Assembly (NCBI GenBank): GCA_937876205.1
Contig: CALEII010000052.1
Coordinates: forward strand, 381-64,380
Source: an uncultured Clostridia bacterium
Lineage (GTDB): Bacteria; Bacillota; Clostridia; Oscillospirales; Acutalibacteraceae
Direction of reading: 5' to 3'
DNA: 64,000 nt
Shown here: in pieces, positions 9,725 to 19,109 of the stretch
Layout: every line of letters begins with the position of its first letter
Position numbering within the stretch: the stretch's first letter is position 1
Notes under the pieces: model-generated
Told to the model about the DNA's origin: nothing
The model's input: only the letters and a program-made list of their open reading frames with translations
Databases searched by the model: none
Translations under genes and position numbers: made by a program

Positions 9725-9870
9725 CTCGGTACTCTTTTTCCGCCTTCTCAGATTTCTCCAATGGCTTGTCTCTCTTTTGCGGTAAAGAGATAGAAAAAAG
9801 AACAAAATGTACCTCACGGCGACGGGCTCGTACAGGATTTTCACCTGTTTCCTTTTCAAGCAAGGTTATT
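9725..9870 (-). promoter_or_regulatory. cobalamin (B12) riboswitch
   Basis: The minus strand reads GAAAAGGAAACAGGTGAAAATCCTGTACGAGCCCGTCGCCGTGAGG, which matches the conserved AAGGGAA / GGTGAAAATCC / CCCGC-ACTGTGAGG core. A B12-box-like AGCCATTGGAGAAATCTGAGAAGGCGG follows. Boundaries are approximate. Confidence 0.8.
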
Positions 9871-9937
9871 TTATCACAGAAGCAGATTTATTGCAACAAA
9901 AATGTAAATATTTGGCTCTAAAAAAATAATATTATTG

Positions 9938-9966
9938 TTGCAAAATCTTATATTTTAGTTTATAAT
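9938..9966 (+). promoter_or_regulatory. sigma-A type promoter for the acyl-CoA ligase operon
   Basis: TTGCAA, 17-nt spacer, TATAAT. Confidence 0.55.
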
Positions 9967-10031
9967 TAAAAAGATAAAAATAAAATGAGTTACTATGTTT
10001 TATTATAGATATATAGAGGAGGAAATCTGTA

Positions 10032-11729
10032 ATGAAATTACCCCCCATTGAAATGATAAAGGTCTGCCATCCTTATCCCGAAACAACAATGTTCGGTGCA
10101 GTCAGGGATGCGGCAGAGCGTTTTCCAAAAGCACCTGCTCTTGAGTTTATGGGCAGTTATACATCATACAGTCAGCTGATACGAAAAATTGAGCAGGCTG
10201 CAATGGCATTTTATGCTGCGGGTCTGCGTAAAGATGATGTTGTCACAATCTGTACTCCAAACATTCCTCAGGCAATCGTTGCAATTTATGCGCTTAACAG
10301 AATCGGTGCTATAGCAAGTGTTGTTCATCCTCTGTCATCGCAGAAGAATATCACATATTATCTCGACTATACAGACAGCAAGATGATTATCACTCTTGAC
10401 AATTTCTATGAAAAAGTTTACTCTGCTGTCAGAGAGGCAAAGAGAGAAGTCAGAATTATCGTTGCAAGAATTCAGGAAGAGCTCAATCCCATTCTTGCGG
10501 CAGGCTACACTCTCAAAGCCGGTAAAAAGTATCTTAAATTCCCCGAAAAAGGAAAGGGGGTTGTATGGGGCGATTTTGTCAAGTATTCACGAAGGGTTCA
10601 ATTACCTCCTGTTGAGTACGACAAGAACAAGACCTCCATTATTCTTTACAGCGGCGGCACAAGCGGAACGCCAAAAGGCATCCGTCTTTCTGACTTCGGC
10701 TTCAATGCTCTTGGTATGCAGCTTGTTGAGGCCTGCGGAATAAATATAACCTATGGCTGTAAGTTCCTTTCGGTTATGCCTATATTCCACGGCTTCGGTC
10801 TCGGAATCGGTATTCATACAATGCTCGAAAACGGTGCAATGTGTATTCTTATTCCTCAGTTTACAAAGGAAACATATGCACAGACAGTCCTCAAGAAAAA
10901 GCCGAATTTCATCGCAGGCGTTCCCACACTTTATGAAGCTCTTCTTAATGTTGATGCTTTCAAGGGGGCTGATCTTTCGTTCCTGAAGGGTGTTTTCAGC
11001 GGCGGTGATGCAATGTCTGTTGATCTTAAAAAGAGATGTGATAAATTTTTCAGAAAGCATAATGCAGATATACAGATAAGAGAGGGCTACGGTCTTACAG
11101 AGAGTGTAAACGCAACCTGTCTTACACCTTTAGACAGATATAAAGAGGGAAGCATAGGACTGCCTTTGCGTGATATGCAGTTCAGAATTGTTGAGCCCGG
11201 CACATTCAATGAGGTGCCCGTTGGTGACCTTGGTGAAATCATCATTTCAGGACCTACCATTATGCTCGGTTATCTGAAAAATGAAGAAGAAAACGAGAAG
11301 ACTCTTCGTTATGATGAAAACGGCACAAAATGGCTCTTTACGGGAGACCTCGGCTGTGTTGATGACGAAGGCTTCATATACTTCAAGCAGAGAATCAAGA
11401 GAATGATTGTCTCAAGCGGCTATAATGTATATCCGTCACAGATTGAAAAGGTTCTTGATAAACATCCTGATATTGATTATTCCTGTGCAATCGGCGTGAA
11501 GGACGCCTACAAGATGCACAAGGTTAGAGCATATATTGTACTTAAAGACGGTGTACCCGATACACCTGAAGAAAAAATAAAAATTCTTGAATATTGTAAA
11601 CAGTATCTTGATGTTATCGAGCGTCCAAGAGAAATTGTTTTCAGAAAAGAGCTTCCCAGAACACTTGTCGGCAAGGTCGCATACCGTGTTCTTGAGGAAG
11701 AAGCAGCAGCAGAGGAGGCTAATAAATAA
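10032..11729 (+). CDS. AMP-forming acyl-CoA ligase (long-chain fatty acid-CoA ligase family)
   Basis: AMP-binding motifs YSGGTSGTPKG, GYGLTE and TGDLG. SD ggagga precedes ATG 10032. Confidence 0.85.
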   Translation: MKLPPIEMIKVCHPYPETTMFGAVRDAAERFPKAPALEFMGSYTSYSQLIRKIEQAAMAFYAAGLRKDDVVTICTPNIPQAIVAIYALNRIGAIASVVHPLSSQKNITYYLDYTDSKMIITLDNFYEKVYSAVREAKREVRIIVARIQEELNPILAAGYTLKAGKKYLKFPEKGKGVVWGDFVKYSRRVQLPPVEYDKNKTSIILYSGGTSGTPKGIRLSDFGFNALGMQLVEACGINITYGCKFLSVMPIFHGFGLGIGIHTMLENGAMCILIPQFTKETYAQTVLKKKPNFIAGVPTLYEALLNVDAFKGADLSFLKGVFSGGDAMSVDLKKRCDKFFRKHNADIQIREGYGLTESVNATCLTPLDRYKEGSIGLPLRDMQFRIVEPGTFNEVPVGDLGEIIISGPTIMLGYLKNEEENEKTLRYDENGTKWLFTGDLGCVDDEGFIYFKQRIKRMIVSSGYNVYPSQIEKVLDKHPDIDYSCAIGVKDAYKMHKVRAYIVLKDGVPDTPEEKIKILEYCKQYLDVIERPREIVFRKELPRTLVGKVAYRVLEEEAAAEEANK

Positions 11730-12937
11730 TGAGTCGAAGCAGAAAAGAAATGAGAAAAGGTTACAACCGTAACCGTTTTATGGTAATGACAGTTTTTAAG
11801 ATACTCAGACCTTTTGCTTTTCCCGTACTTCACGCAGAAATGAAAGCGTACAGACCAAAAAACAAGACATTCCTTGTGATTTCAAACCATACAGATGCTC
11901 TTGATCCCGGTTTCATTATGCTTGAATTCAACAAGTATATCCGTTTTGTTGCAAGTGACCATGTAACAAGAGGCGGTCTTCTTGGTTTTGTAATCAAGTA
12001 CCTCGGCGGTGTTATTGTTAAAAGAAGAAGCAATCCCCCCGAAGTGCTCTGGAATGACATTCTTGACACACTCAAGGCAGACATTCCTGTTGGTCTTTTT
12101 GCTGAGGGCAGCACAAGTCTTAACGGTGAAACAGGCTTCATTTCAGCCAATACAGGTAAGCTTGTCAAGGATTCAGGCAAAGCTCTCATAACTCACAGAT
12201 TCATCGGCGGCTATCTCAGAAGCCCCAGATGGGCAAATACAAACAAGGTCGGTCCCGTTATCGGTCAGGTTGTCGGTGAGTATTCACCTGAGGAGCTTGC
12301 AACAATGACTGTTGATGAAATCAATGAAATAATCAGACGTGACACATATGTAAATGCCTTTGAAGAGCAGAGAAAGAATCCCCGTGTTTATACAGGTGAT
12401 AATATGGCTGAGTACCTTGAGAGAATTCTCTATGTCTGCCCGAAATGTATGCAGATAGGCACACTTCACAGTAAAGGTGATTTCCTCAGTTGTGATGAAT
12501 GCGGATACAAGGTTGAATACGGCACAGATGCTTTCTTCCACAGCGAAACAAATGAAGTTGTTTTTGACAATGTTCTTGCGTGGGATAAGTGGCAGAGACA
12601 AATCTGGAAGGAAAAGGTTCTTTCAGCAGCAGATGGCGAACTGATTTTTGAAGACAAGGACCAGCAAATCCGTACAATAAAGGAAGATGCTAAAATCCCC
12701 GTTGCAGACCACGCAACTCTCCGGCTTTACAAAGATAAATTTGTTGTTATCAAAGACGACGGTGAAGAAATTGAGATGCCTGTTCTGTCAATGAACAGAG
12801 TCTGGATTGCCGCAAAGGATTCACTCATTCTCGTTAATGACGAGCATTACTTTGATGTGAGCTGTCATGATGTAAAGAGATCTGCAATCAAATATGTAGC
12901 AGCCTGGATGTATCTCAGAGGTAAAGATTTTGTCTGA
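11729..12937 (+). CDS. PlsC-type lysophospholipid acyltransferase with C-terminal 4-Cys zinc-ribbon domain
   Basis: HX4D motif NHTDALDP and FAEGSTS block. Zinc ribbon CPKC...CDEC. Its start overlaps the ligase stop (TAATG). Confidence 0.75.
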   Translation: MSRSRKEMRKGYNRNRFMVMTVFKILRPFAFPVLHAEMKAYRPKNKTFLVISNHTDALDPGFIMLEFNKYIRFVASDHVTRGGLLGFVIKYLGGVIVKRRSNPPEVLWNDILDTLKADIPVGLFAEGSTSLNGETGFISANTGKLVKDSGKALITHRFIGGYLRSPRWANTNKVGPVIGQVVGEYSPEELATMTVDEINEIIRRDTYVNAFEEQRKNPRVYTGDNMAEYLERILYVCPKCMQIGTLHSKGDFLSCDECGYKVEYGTDAFFHSETNEVVFDNVLAWDKWQRQIWKEKVLSAADGELIFEDKDQQIRTIKEDAKIPVADHATLRLYKDKFVVIKDDGEEIEMPVLSMNRVWIAAKDSLILVNDEHYFDVSCHDVKRSAIKYVAAWMYLRGKDFV

Positions 12938-12965
12938 TTCCTTCTATATGAAAGGAGAATAGATT

Positions 12966-13829
12966 TTGACCGGACTAATTGATGTCGGCGGCGGTATGAA
13001 ATGTGCATACTCTGCAGGGCTTTATGATTATTTTATGGATAACGGCATAGAGTTTGATTACTACCTGGGTGTTTCGGCAGGCAGTATGAATCTTCTCTCA
13101 TACATAGCCGGCGAACGTGGCAGAAATATCCGTATGTACCGTCTTGCAGCAGAGGGTAATGAATATCTCAGCCTTTCAAGCCTTGTTCATAACGGAACAT
13201 ATATGAATTATGAAAAGGTTGCAGAGGATTTTTACTCTGAAACGGGTTTTGATCCGTTTGATTTCAAAACCTTCTTTTCATCTGAAAAGCCATTTTATGT
13301 GGCAGCAACAAGAGCTCACGACGGTACAACTATTTATTTTGACAGAAACGATATGTATGACAGAGACAGCCTTATTGATATAATAAGCGCATCGTGCTGT
13401 ATCCCCGTTGCAAGTAAACCCATAATTATAGATGATGTTGAATACTTCGACGGCGGACTCGCTGAGCCCATACCCTTCAGAAAAGCGTTTGATGACGGCT
13501 GTGACAATATCGTTGTTGTTCTCTCTGCCCCTGCAGATGAAAGAAGAGAGAAAATTCCCGGTGCAAATCTTCTGGGACCTGCAATTCTTAAAGAGCATCC
13601 CGCAATCAATGAAATAGTTGAAGACAGACCTTCTGTTTATAACTATATGATAAGATGTATCAGAGAATATGAGCTCAGAGGAAAGGCGCTTCTGCTTTCA
13701 CCCGAAGATATACCCGGTGCATTCACGCTTGTCAAAGATGCCGATGTTACAAATAAGCTTTATGACAACGGCTATCGTGACGGAATGGAGTGCAGAAGGG
13801 AAATTCTCAGGTTGCTTAATAAACAATAA
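12966..13829 (+). CDS. patatin-like phospholipase
   Basis: Oxyanion GGGMKCAYSAG, nucleophile elbow GVSAGS, catalytic Asp in FDGG. TTG start with SD aaaggaga. Confidence 0.82.
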   Translation: MTGLIDVGGGMKCAYSAGLYDYFMDNGIEFDYYLGVSAGSMNLLSYIAGERGRNIRMYRLAAEGNEYLSLSSLVHNGTYMNYEKVAEDFYSETGFDPFDFKTFFSSEKPFYVAATRAHDGTTIYFDRNDMYDRDSLIDIISASCCIPVASKPIIIDDVEYFDGGLAEPIPFRKAFDDGCDNIVVVLSAPADERREKIPGANLLGPAILKEHPAINEIVEDRPSVYNYMIRCIREYELRGKALLLSPEDIPGAFTLVKDADVTNKLYDNGYRDGMECRREILRLLNKQ

Positions 13830-13937
13830 TCTGTCGGGCAGATTTGCTGATATCGTGTAGGGACCGATGTGGGTATCGGTTCCTAAGATTGATTTATTCA
13901 ACCAGCCCGACAAATCATTTTTTAATATGGTGTTAAT

Positions 13938-14549
13938 ATGACTGATAAAGAAAAAATGCACTCAGGTGATATATATTATCCCTCGGGTGATGAGATAATG
14001 AAAGAACAGCTGATGTGTCTTGACAAGCTTTATGATTTTAATGCAACAAGACCGACACAGCTTGATATAAGAGAAAAGCTACTGAAGGAAATGTTTGCTG
14101 AAATCGGCGAAAACTGCTATATTGAACCGCCTCTTCATTCAAACTGGGGCGGTAAACATTGCCATTTCGGTGACAATGTTTATGCTAACTTTAATCTGAC
14201 ACTTGTTGACGATACACATATCTATGTCGGCGATTGTACGATGATAGCCCCCAATGTTGTTATAGCAACTGCAGGTCATCCGATACTGCCTGAACTGCGT
14301 GAAAAGGCGTATCAGTATAATATGCCCGTACATATCGGCAGAAATTGCTGGATAGGTGCAGGAGCTCTCATTATGCCGGGTGTGACAATCGGTGATAATA
14401 CTGTTATCGGCGCAGGAAGCGTTGTTACAAAGGATATTCCCGCAAATGTTGTGGCTGTCGGTAATCCCTGCAGAGTTATGAGGGAAATCAGTGACCATGA
14501 TAAGGAATATTATTTCAGAGACAGAAAAATAAATTATAGTACATTATAA
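13938..14549 (+). CDS. maa: maltose/galactoside O-acetyltransferase (hexapeptide-repeat family)
   Basis: Mac N-terminal pattern (MHSGDIYYP..., LYDFN) followed by left-handed beta-helix hexapeptide repeats (IGRNCWIGAGALIMPGVTIGDNTVIGAGSVV). Confidence 0.85.
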   Translation: MTDKEKMHSGDIYYPSGDEIMKEQLMCLDKLYDFNATRPTQLDIREKLLKEMFAEIGENCYIEPPLHSNWGGKHCHFGDNVYANFNLTLVDDTHIYVGDCTMIAPNVVIATAGHPILPELREKAYQYNMPVHIGRNCWIGAGALIMPGVTIGDNTVIGAGSVVTKDIPANVVAVGNPCRVMREISDHDKEYYFRDRKINYSTL

Positions 14550-14583
14550 AAAAATGAGCAGATTGATTCTGCTCATTTTTTTT
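14550..14583 (+). terminator. rho-independent terminator
   Basis: Stem ATGAGCAG / CTGCTCAT with a 7-nt loop, followed by a T-run. Confidence 0.8.
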
Positions 14584-14728
14584 GAAAGAAGAATATTCAC
14601 GGTAAACAGTATTGCTCAGCATGAAACAAGCTATATATAACACACATTACACTAAATGTCACGCATTTATCATAGAAATAAATGTCAACAATTTGTTGCA
14701 TCACGCAGCAGAGCCGATTTACGGCATC

Positions 14729-14757
14729 TTGACATTTTATCAATTATGTTTTATTAT
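14729..14757 (+). promoter_or_regulatory. sigma-A type promoter
   Basis: TTGACA, 17-nt spacer, TATTAT, about 30 nt upstream of the ATG at 14787. Confidence 0.5.
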
Positions 14758-14786
14758 CTCTCTATATTGATTTTCAGGGTGATAAA

Positions 14787-15683
14787 ATGGCAGAAAAAAT
14801 AGTAGAATGTGTACCTAATATAAGTGAGGGCAGACGCCCTGAGGTTGTAGCAGAGTGTGTGAATGCCGTAGCATCGGTTGACGGTGTTAAGATTCTTCAC
14901 TTTACATCAGACTATGACCATAACAGAAGTGTTATAACCTTTGCAGGCAGTCCCGAGGGTGTGTCTGAGGCGGCAGTAAGGCTCAGTAAAAAGGCAGGGG
15001 AACTTATTGACCTTACAAAGCATACGGGAGAGCATCCGAGAATGGGTGCTGTGGATGTCTGTCCCTTTATTCCCGTGAAAAATGTTACAGTCGAAGAGGT
15101 TGTTGAAATTGCAAAATCCACGGCAAAGCGTATTTATGAAGAAAACGGCATTCCCGTTTATCTTTATGAAAAGGCAGCTTCTGCGTCTCACAGAGTAAAT
15201 CTTGCAGATGTAAGAAAAGGGCAGTTTGAGGGGCTTTCAGAGAAAACAAAGCTTCCCGAATGGCAGCCTGATTTCGGTACGGGATATCATCCCACTGCAG
15301 GTGTCACAATCGTCGGTGCAAGAGAGTTTCTTATTGCGTTTAATGTTGAGCTTGACACTGATGATATTGAAATTGCAAAACAAATTGCAAAGACAATCCG
15401 TTTTTCAAGTGGCGGATATCCTTGCGTAAAAGCTCTCGGTCTTATGCTTCACGAAACGAACACGGCACAGGTCTCAATAAATTTCACCGATTATAAAACA
15501 ACATCGCTTTATACTGTTGTCGATAAGGTGCGGGAGGAAGCAAAAAAATACGGCACAGAAGTAAAATGCACTGAACTCATAGGTTTGTCACCTATGAAAG
15601 CACTTATCGACTGCGCCGAACATTATTTAAAAATTAAAGATTTTGATTATAATAATCAGGTCTTTGAAAACCACTTTTTATAA
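14787..15683 (+). CDS. glutamate formimidoyltransferase
   Basis: The N-terminus MAEKIVECVPNISEGR and the 298-aa length match the formiminotransferase domain family. Confidence 0.85.
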   Translation: MAEKIVECVPNISEGRRPEVVAECVNAVASVDGVKILHFTSDYDHNRSVITFAGSPEGVSEAAVRLSKKAGELIDLTKHTGEHPRMGAVDVCPFIPVKNVTVEEVVEIAKSTAKRIYEENGIPVYLYEKAASASHRVNLADVRKGQFEGLSEKTKLPEWQPDFGTGYHPTAGVTIVGAREFLIAFNVELDTDDIEIAKQIAKTIRFSSGGYPCVKALGLMLHETNTAQVSINFTDYKTTSLYTVVDKVREEAKKYGTEVKCTELIGLSPMKALIDCAEHYLKIKDFDYNNQVFENHFL

Positions 15684-15707
15684 TCTTATGGGCGGCTATT
15701 AGTCGCC

Positions 15708-16496
15708 TTATTCTTTTGATTTTATTATTTCAAGCAACTGTTCCGTATCAGGAATCAGGCTTTTGTCTGCAACGATAGTGATTCTGTAAACGGTGCTGTC
15801 AATTACTGTAATTATGTCTTCATCGGAAATATATACTTTACCGAATCCCTCTGACGGATGTTCCTTATAATTATTATACTTGTCAGAAGATAAAAGTTCA
15901 GCTGCTTTCAGGGCTGTTTTCTCATTTCTGTATTCGAGTATATCCTGAAAAATGATAACGCACTTATCACCGATATCATAGTGCTCATGTGTAAGAGTAA
16001 GCTGTGCAGAAACAGTTTTCTTCACGGTAATTTTATTCGGAATTTCTTTATCTGAGTGATTAAATCCCTTTGCTGTTATTCTATTTGCAATTCCGAAATC
16101 GTGAACATCAAGATATTTCCCGTCCGACACCTCAGGAATGACACCGGTTTTTGTTGTTATCAGAGTAATGGATGAAAGAATAACACAGATAACCGACAGG
16201 CTGATTACAATAATATTCGATATAAATATTACCTTTTTTGCAGTTGTATTATCACATTTCTCTTTCTTTTTTGATGCAATGTCATCATAAAGATACATGA
16301 TGATTGTATATGCAAGCAGAATTATCATTGCAATAAATAATTCGGGCATTGTTATAATCTTATACTGAGCGTTTGCAAAAAAGGGAAGTGACTCAAAGGC
16401 ATTATAAGTAATATCGTCCGTAATAATACTGTTGATAAAACCTAAAATGATTGTTGCAGACGGTAATATTCTGATAATTTTATTATTTTTAATCAT
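15708..16496 (-). CDS. hypothetical membrane protein (3 predicted TM segments plus an extracytoplasmic domain)
   Basis: The start was moved to ATG 16496, which is preceded by SD aaggaggg. No recognisable motif. AT-rich coding sequence. Confidence 0.5.
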   Translation of the reverse strand: MIKNNKIIRILPSATIILGFINSIITDDITYNAFESLPFFANAQYKIITMPELFIAMIILLAYTIIMYLYDDIASKKKEKCDNTTAKKVIFISNIIVISLSVICVILSSITLITTKTGVIPEVSDGKYLDVHDFGIANRITAKGFNHSDKEIPNKITVKKTVSAQLTLTHEHYDIGDKCVIIFQDILEYRNEKTALKAAELLSSDKYNNYKEHPSEGFGKVYISDEDIITVIDSTVYRITIVADKSLIPDTEQLLEIIKSKE

Positions 16497-16569
16497 TATA
16501 AATCCCTCCTTTTTTATTATAATACAAAAGCGGCTTGTTTTCAAGCCGCTTTAAATTTTATCAATTATA

Positions 16570-18375
16570 TTAAACCTTCAGAAGAATGTCTTTTTCGCCG
16601 TCTTCTGTGTACATCTGAAGTTCGTTTATGCCGAATCTGTTCATAACCCTTGTCCAACGGATAACCATATCTGTGTCGTGATTTACGGGCACCCAGCCTG
16701 CCTTGAGATAGCTCTTGCAAGCAGGGATTCTGTGGTCGTCTGTTGTAAGAGTTGCCATTTCAACACCGTTATCATAGAAGTGCTTTTCAGCAATTGCACA
16801 CAGTATGTTGCCGAGACCTTTTCCTCTTTCACTGTCTGCAACAGAGACCATATGAACAAGACCTAAGCCTGTGTCAGGATATTTGCGTACTGCAGTTATT
16901 GTTGCAACAGGAAGATTTTCTTCGTTTACAATAAAGAAGCAGTCTTTGTAAACGTCGATTTTTTCCATACAGTTTGTGAATGCTGAATTGTCAGCACCGT
17001 AGTTCACAAGACCGTTGTTGCATATTCTTATCCAGTGGGGAATATCTTCTTCACCCTGATAATTTCTGATTGTGTAGCCCTCGGGAAGTGCAGGGATTTC
17101 CTTGTCCTTGGGGAAAACAAGAAGCTTCAGCTGCTTGTTCTGAGCAGATGCTCTGGGCTTCCATGTCTTCTGATGGCCTTCATAAACCTCCTGAGGGATT
17201 TCGGGGTTGCCCTTTGAGTATGAGGGGATAAGCATATCGCCTGCGACCTTGGGGTCTGTACATGCAGTATCGTTTCTGAACTGCTCTCTTTCTTCCTTGT
17301 TTCTGAAATCGGGGATTGCAACGGGAACACCGCCCTGAAGAATTGAACGGTAACCGAGAAGACCGGGAAGGAACATATCAAGTGCTTCATAAACATCAAT
17401 ATAATCAGCGTCTTTGTTGCCCTTGATAGCTTCAACTGCGTGATACATTGTGTAGAAGTCTGAGTTGCCGTGACCGAATTCCTGAGCAATGTCATCGTAT
17501 TCGCCCTGAGGCTCATATGATTTAACTGCAAAATTGTCGGGATTGTTGAGATAAACTCTGCCGAAATCGCCGTTTTTTGCATCTTCTCTTGCGCTTTCCA
17601 TTCTGCCGTCTGCGCCGTAAACTGAGTACCAGATTGAGTTCTTTGAACAGCCTACACCGTGAAGGCTCTTGATGATTGCACCATTTTCAAGAGTAATCAT
17701 CTCAACAGCAGCATTACCTGCCTTTGCACCCATTCTTGCCATTCTTGCATTGAAGGGCATTTCAAAACCTGTAACAGAAACAGGACGAAGACCTGTGATG
17801 TGGATAAGGGGACCAATGGAATGTGTGCAGTAGAAAGTTGCATACATATTGTTTCTCCAGTGATCAGGATCGCCGAAGGTGATTGTGTCCCAGATGCTCT
17901 CGCAGTTGTGCATATATTCGCCTTCACCGTATTCGAATTCGCCTACGGCACCTGCCTGATAAAGCTTTTTCATTTCATATGTAGCGGGCATATAGCAGTA
18001 GTTTTCAGCATATGCGTAAATCTTGCCTGACTTCTCAACTGCTTCACACAGCTCAACAGCCTCTTTGAGAGTCTGACAGGGAAGCACTTCACTGATGACG
18101 TTAAGACCTTTGTTAAGGCACTTTATTGCAAAGGGAGCGTGCTCATTTGCAAAGTTTGCAAGCACAACAGCATCCATATCGTGATTAAGAAATTCATCAA
18201 ATGATGTGTAGTATGTGATAGAGTCATCATTAAGCTTGTTTTTTATTCTTTCAATATGGAACTCGGAGTAGTCACAGATTGCAACAAGCTTTGCATTAGC
18301 AGCCTTGTTTGCATACTGAATCATTGACTGACCTCTGCCGGCACCGAGTACACCGATTTTAATAATATCGCTCAT
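16570..18375 (-). CDS. Gfo/Idh/MocA-family oxidoreductase fused to a C-terminal GNAT acetyltransferase domain
   Basis: The start was moved to ATG 18375 (MSDIIKIGVLGAGRG Rossmann motif). The last ~186 aa (16573-17130) carry the GNAT motif A, SERGKGLG. Confidence 0.75.
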   Translation of the reverse strand: MSDIIKIGVLGAGRGQSMIQYANKAANAKLVAICDYSEFHIERIKNKLNDDSITYYTSFDEFLNHDMDAVVLANFANEHAPFAIKCLNKGLNVISEVLPCQTLKEAVELCEAVEKSGKIYAYAENYCYMPATYEMKKLYQAGAVGEFEYGEGEYMHNCESIWDTITFGDPDHWRNNMYATFYCTHSIGPLIHITGLRPVSVTGFEMPFNARMARMGAKAGNAAVEMITLENGAIIKSLHGVGCSKNSIWYSVYGADGRMESAREDAKNGDFGRVYLNNPDNFAVKSYEPQGEYDDIAQEFGHGNSDFYTMYHAVEAIKGNKDADYIDVYEALDMFLPGLLGYRSILQGGVPVAIPDFRNKEEREQFRNDTACTDPKVAGDMLIPSYSKGNPEIPQEVYEGHQKTWKPRASAQNKQLKLLVFPKDKEIPALPEGYTIRNYQGEEDIPHWIRICNNGLVNYGADNSAFTNCMEKIDVYKDCFFIVNEENLPVATITAVRKYPDTGLGLVHMVSVADSERGKGLGNILCAIAEKHFYDNGVEMATLTTDDHRIPACKSYLKAGWVPVNHDTDMVIRWTRVMNRFGINELQMYTEDGEKDILLKV

Positions 18376-18551
18376 AATAAAAAGTTCCTTTCTTTTTGCT
18401 GATAACATTATAACACTCATAAAAAAAAGTTCAATATCATTTTGGAAGAAAAGTAGTTTTTAGTTGAAAAATTTTGAAAAAGATTCAAATAACAGATTAT
18501 TGTTTTTTGTATACAGTCTTAAGTATAATGTTATCAGAAAGGGTGAAAAAA

Positions 18552-19076
18552 ATGGATATAGCAAAAGTCGGCAATCAGATTGCAATGCTGAGAAAATGCA
18601 AAGGCATCACTCAGAATGACTTGGGTGAAAGACTTGGAGTATCGTTTCAGGCTGTCAGCAAGTGGGAGAGAGGTGATACGCTTCCTGATACTGCACTTCT
18701 GCCTGACCTTGCACAGGTGCTTGAGACAACGGTTGATTATATCCTTACAGGCGGTGAAAAGGCTGTTTTTAAGGGTAAATCATCTGTCTCTGATATGATA
18801 AACGGCTTAAAACACATACCGCAAGCAGGTGAGTGCCTCGGTAAGGATAATCTGATTTACAGATGTGCAATTGACGGCATTAACAATGCAATGAATACTG
18901 ATATTGAGGAAAGCTTCAGTAATGATTACACTTTTGAAGCCTTTGTCGCAGAAACAGTGATTCAGAATCTGAAAAATGGTGCTTATGTGGATGTTACAGA
19001 TGTTAAAATCAGCTTTAAATATGAGCATTTCAGAAATATCGTGCTTGATTTCTGTGAGAAATACGGAATAAAATAA
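18552..19076 (+). CDS. XRE-family HTH transcriptional regulator with C-terminal domain
   Basis: The start was moved to ATG 18552 (SD gaaagggtga). HTH region ITQNDLGERLGVSFQAVSKWERG. Confidence 0.8.
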   Translation: MDIAKVGNQIAMLRKCKGITQNDLGERLGVSFQAVSKWERGDTLPDTALLPDLAQVLETTVDYILTGGEKAVFKGKSSVSDMINGLKHIPQAGECLGKDNLIYRCAIDGINNAMNTDIEESFSNDYTFEAFVAETVIQNLKNGAYVDVTDVKISFKYEHFRNIVLDFCEKYGIK

Positions 19077-19107
19077 GGAGCCATCGTGGCTCCTTGTAAT
19101 TTTTTTG
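19075..19107. terminator. bidirectional rho-independent terminator between convergent genes
   Basis: Stem AGGAGCCA / TGGCTCCT with a T-run on the plus strand and an A-run upstream. Confidence 0.75.
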
Positions 19108-19109
19108 CT

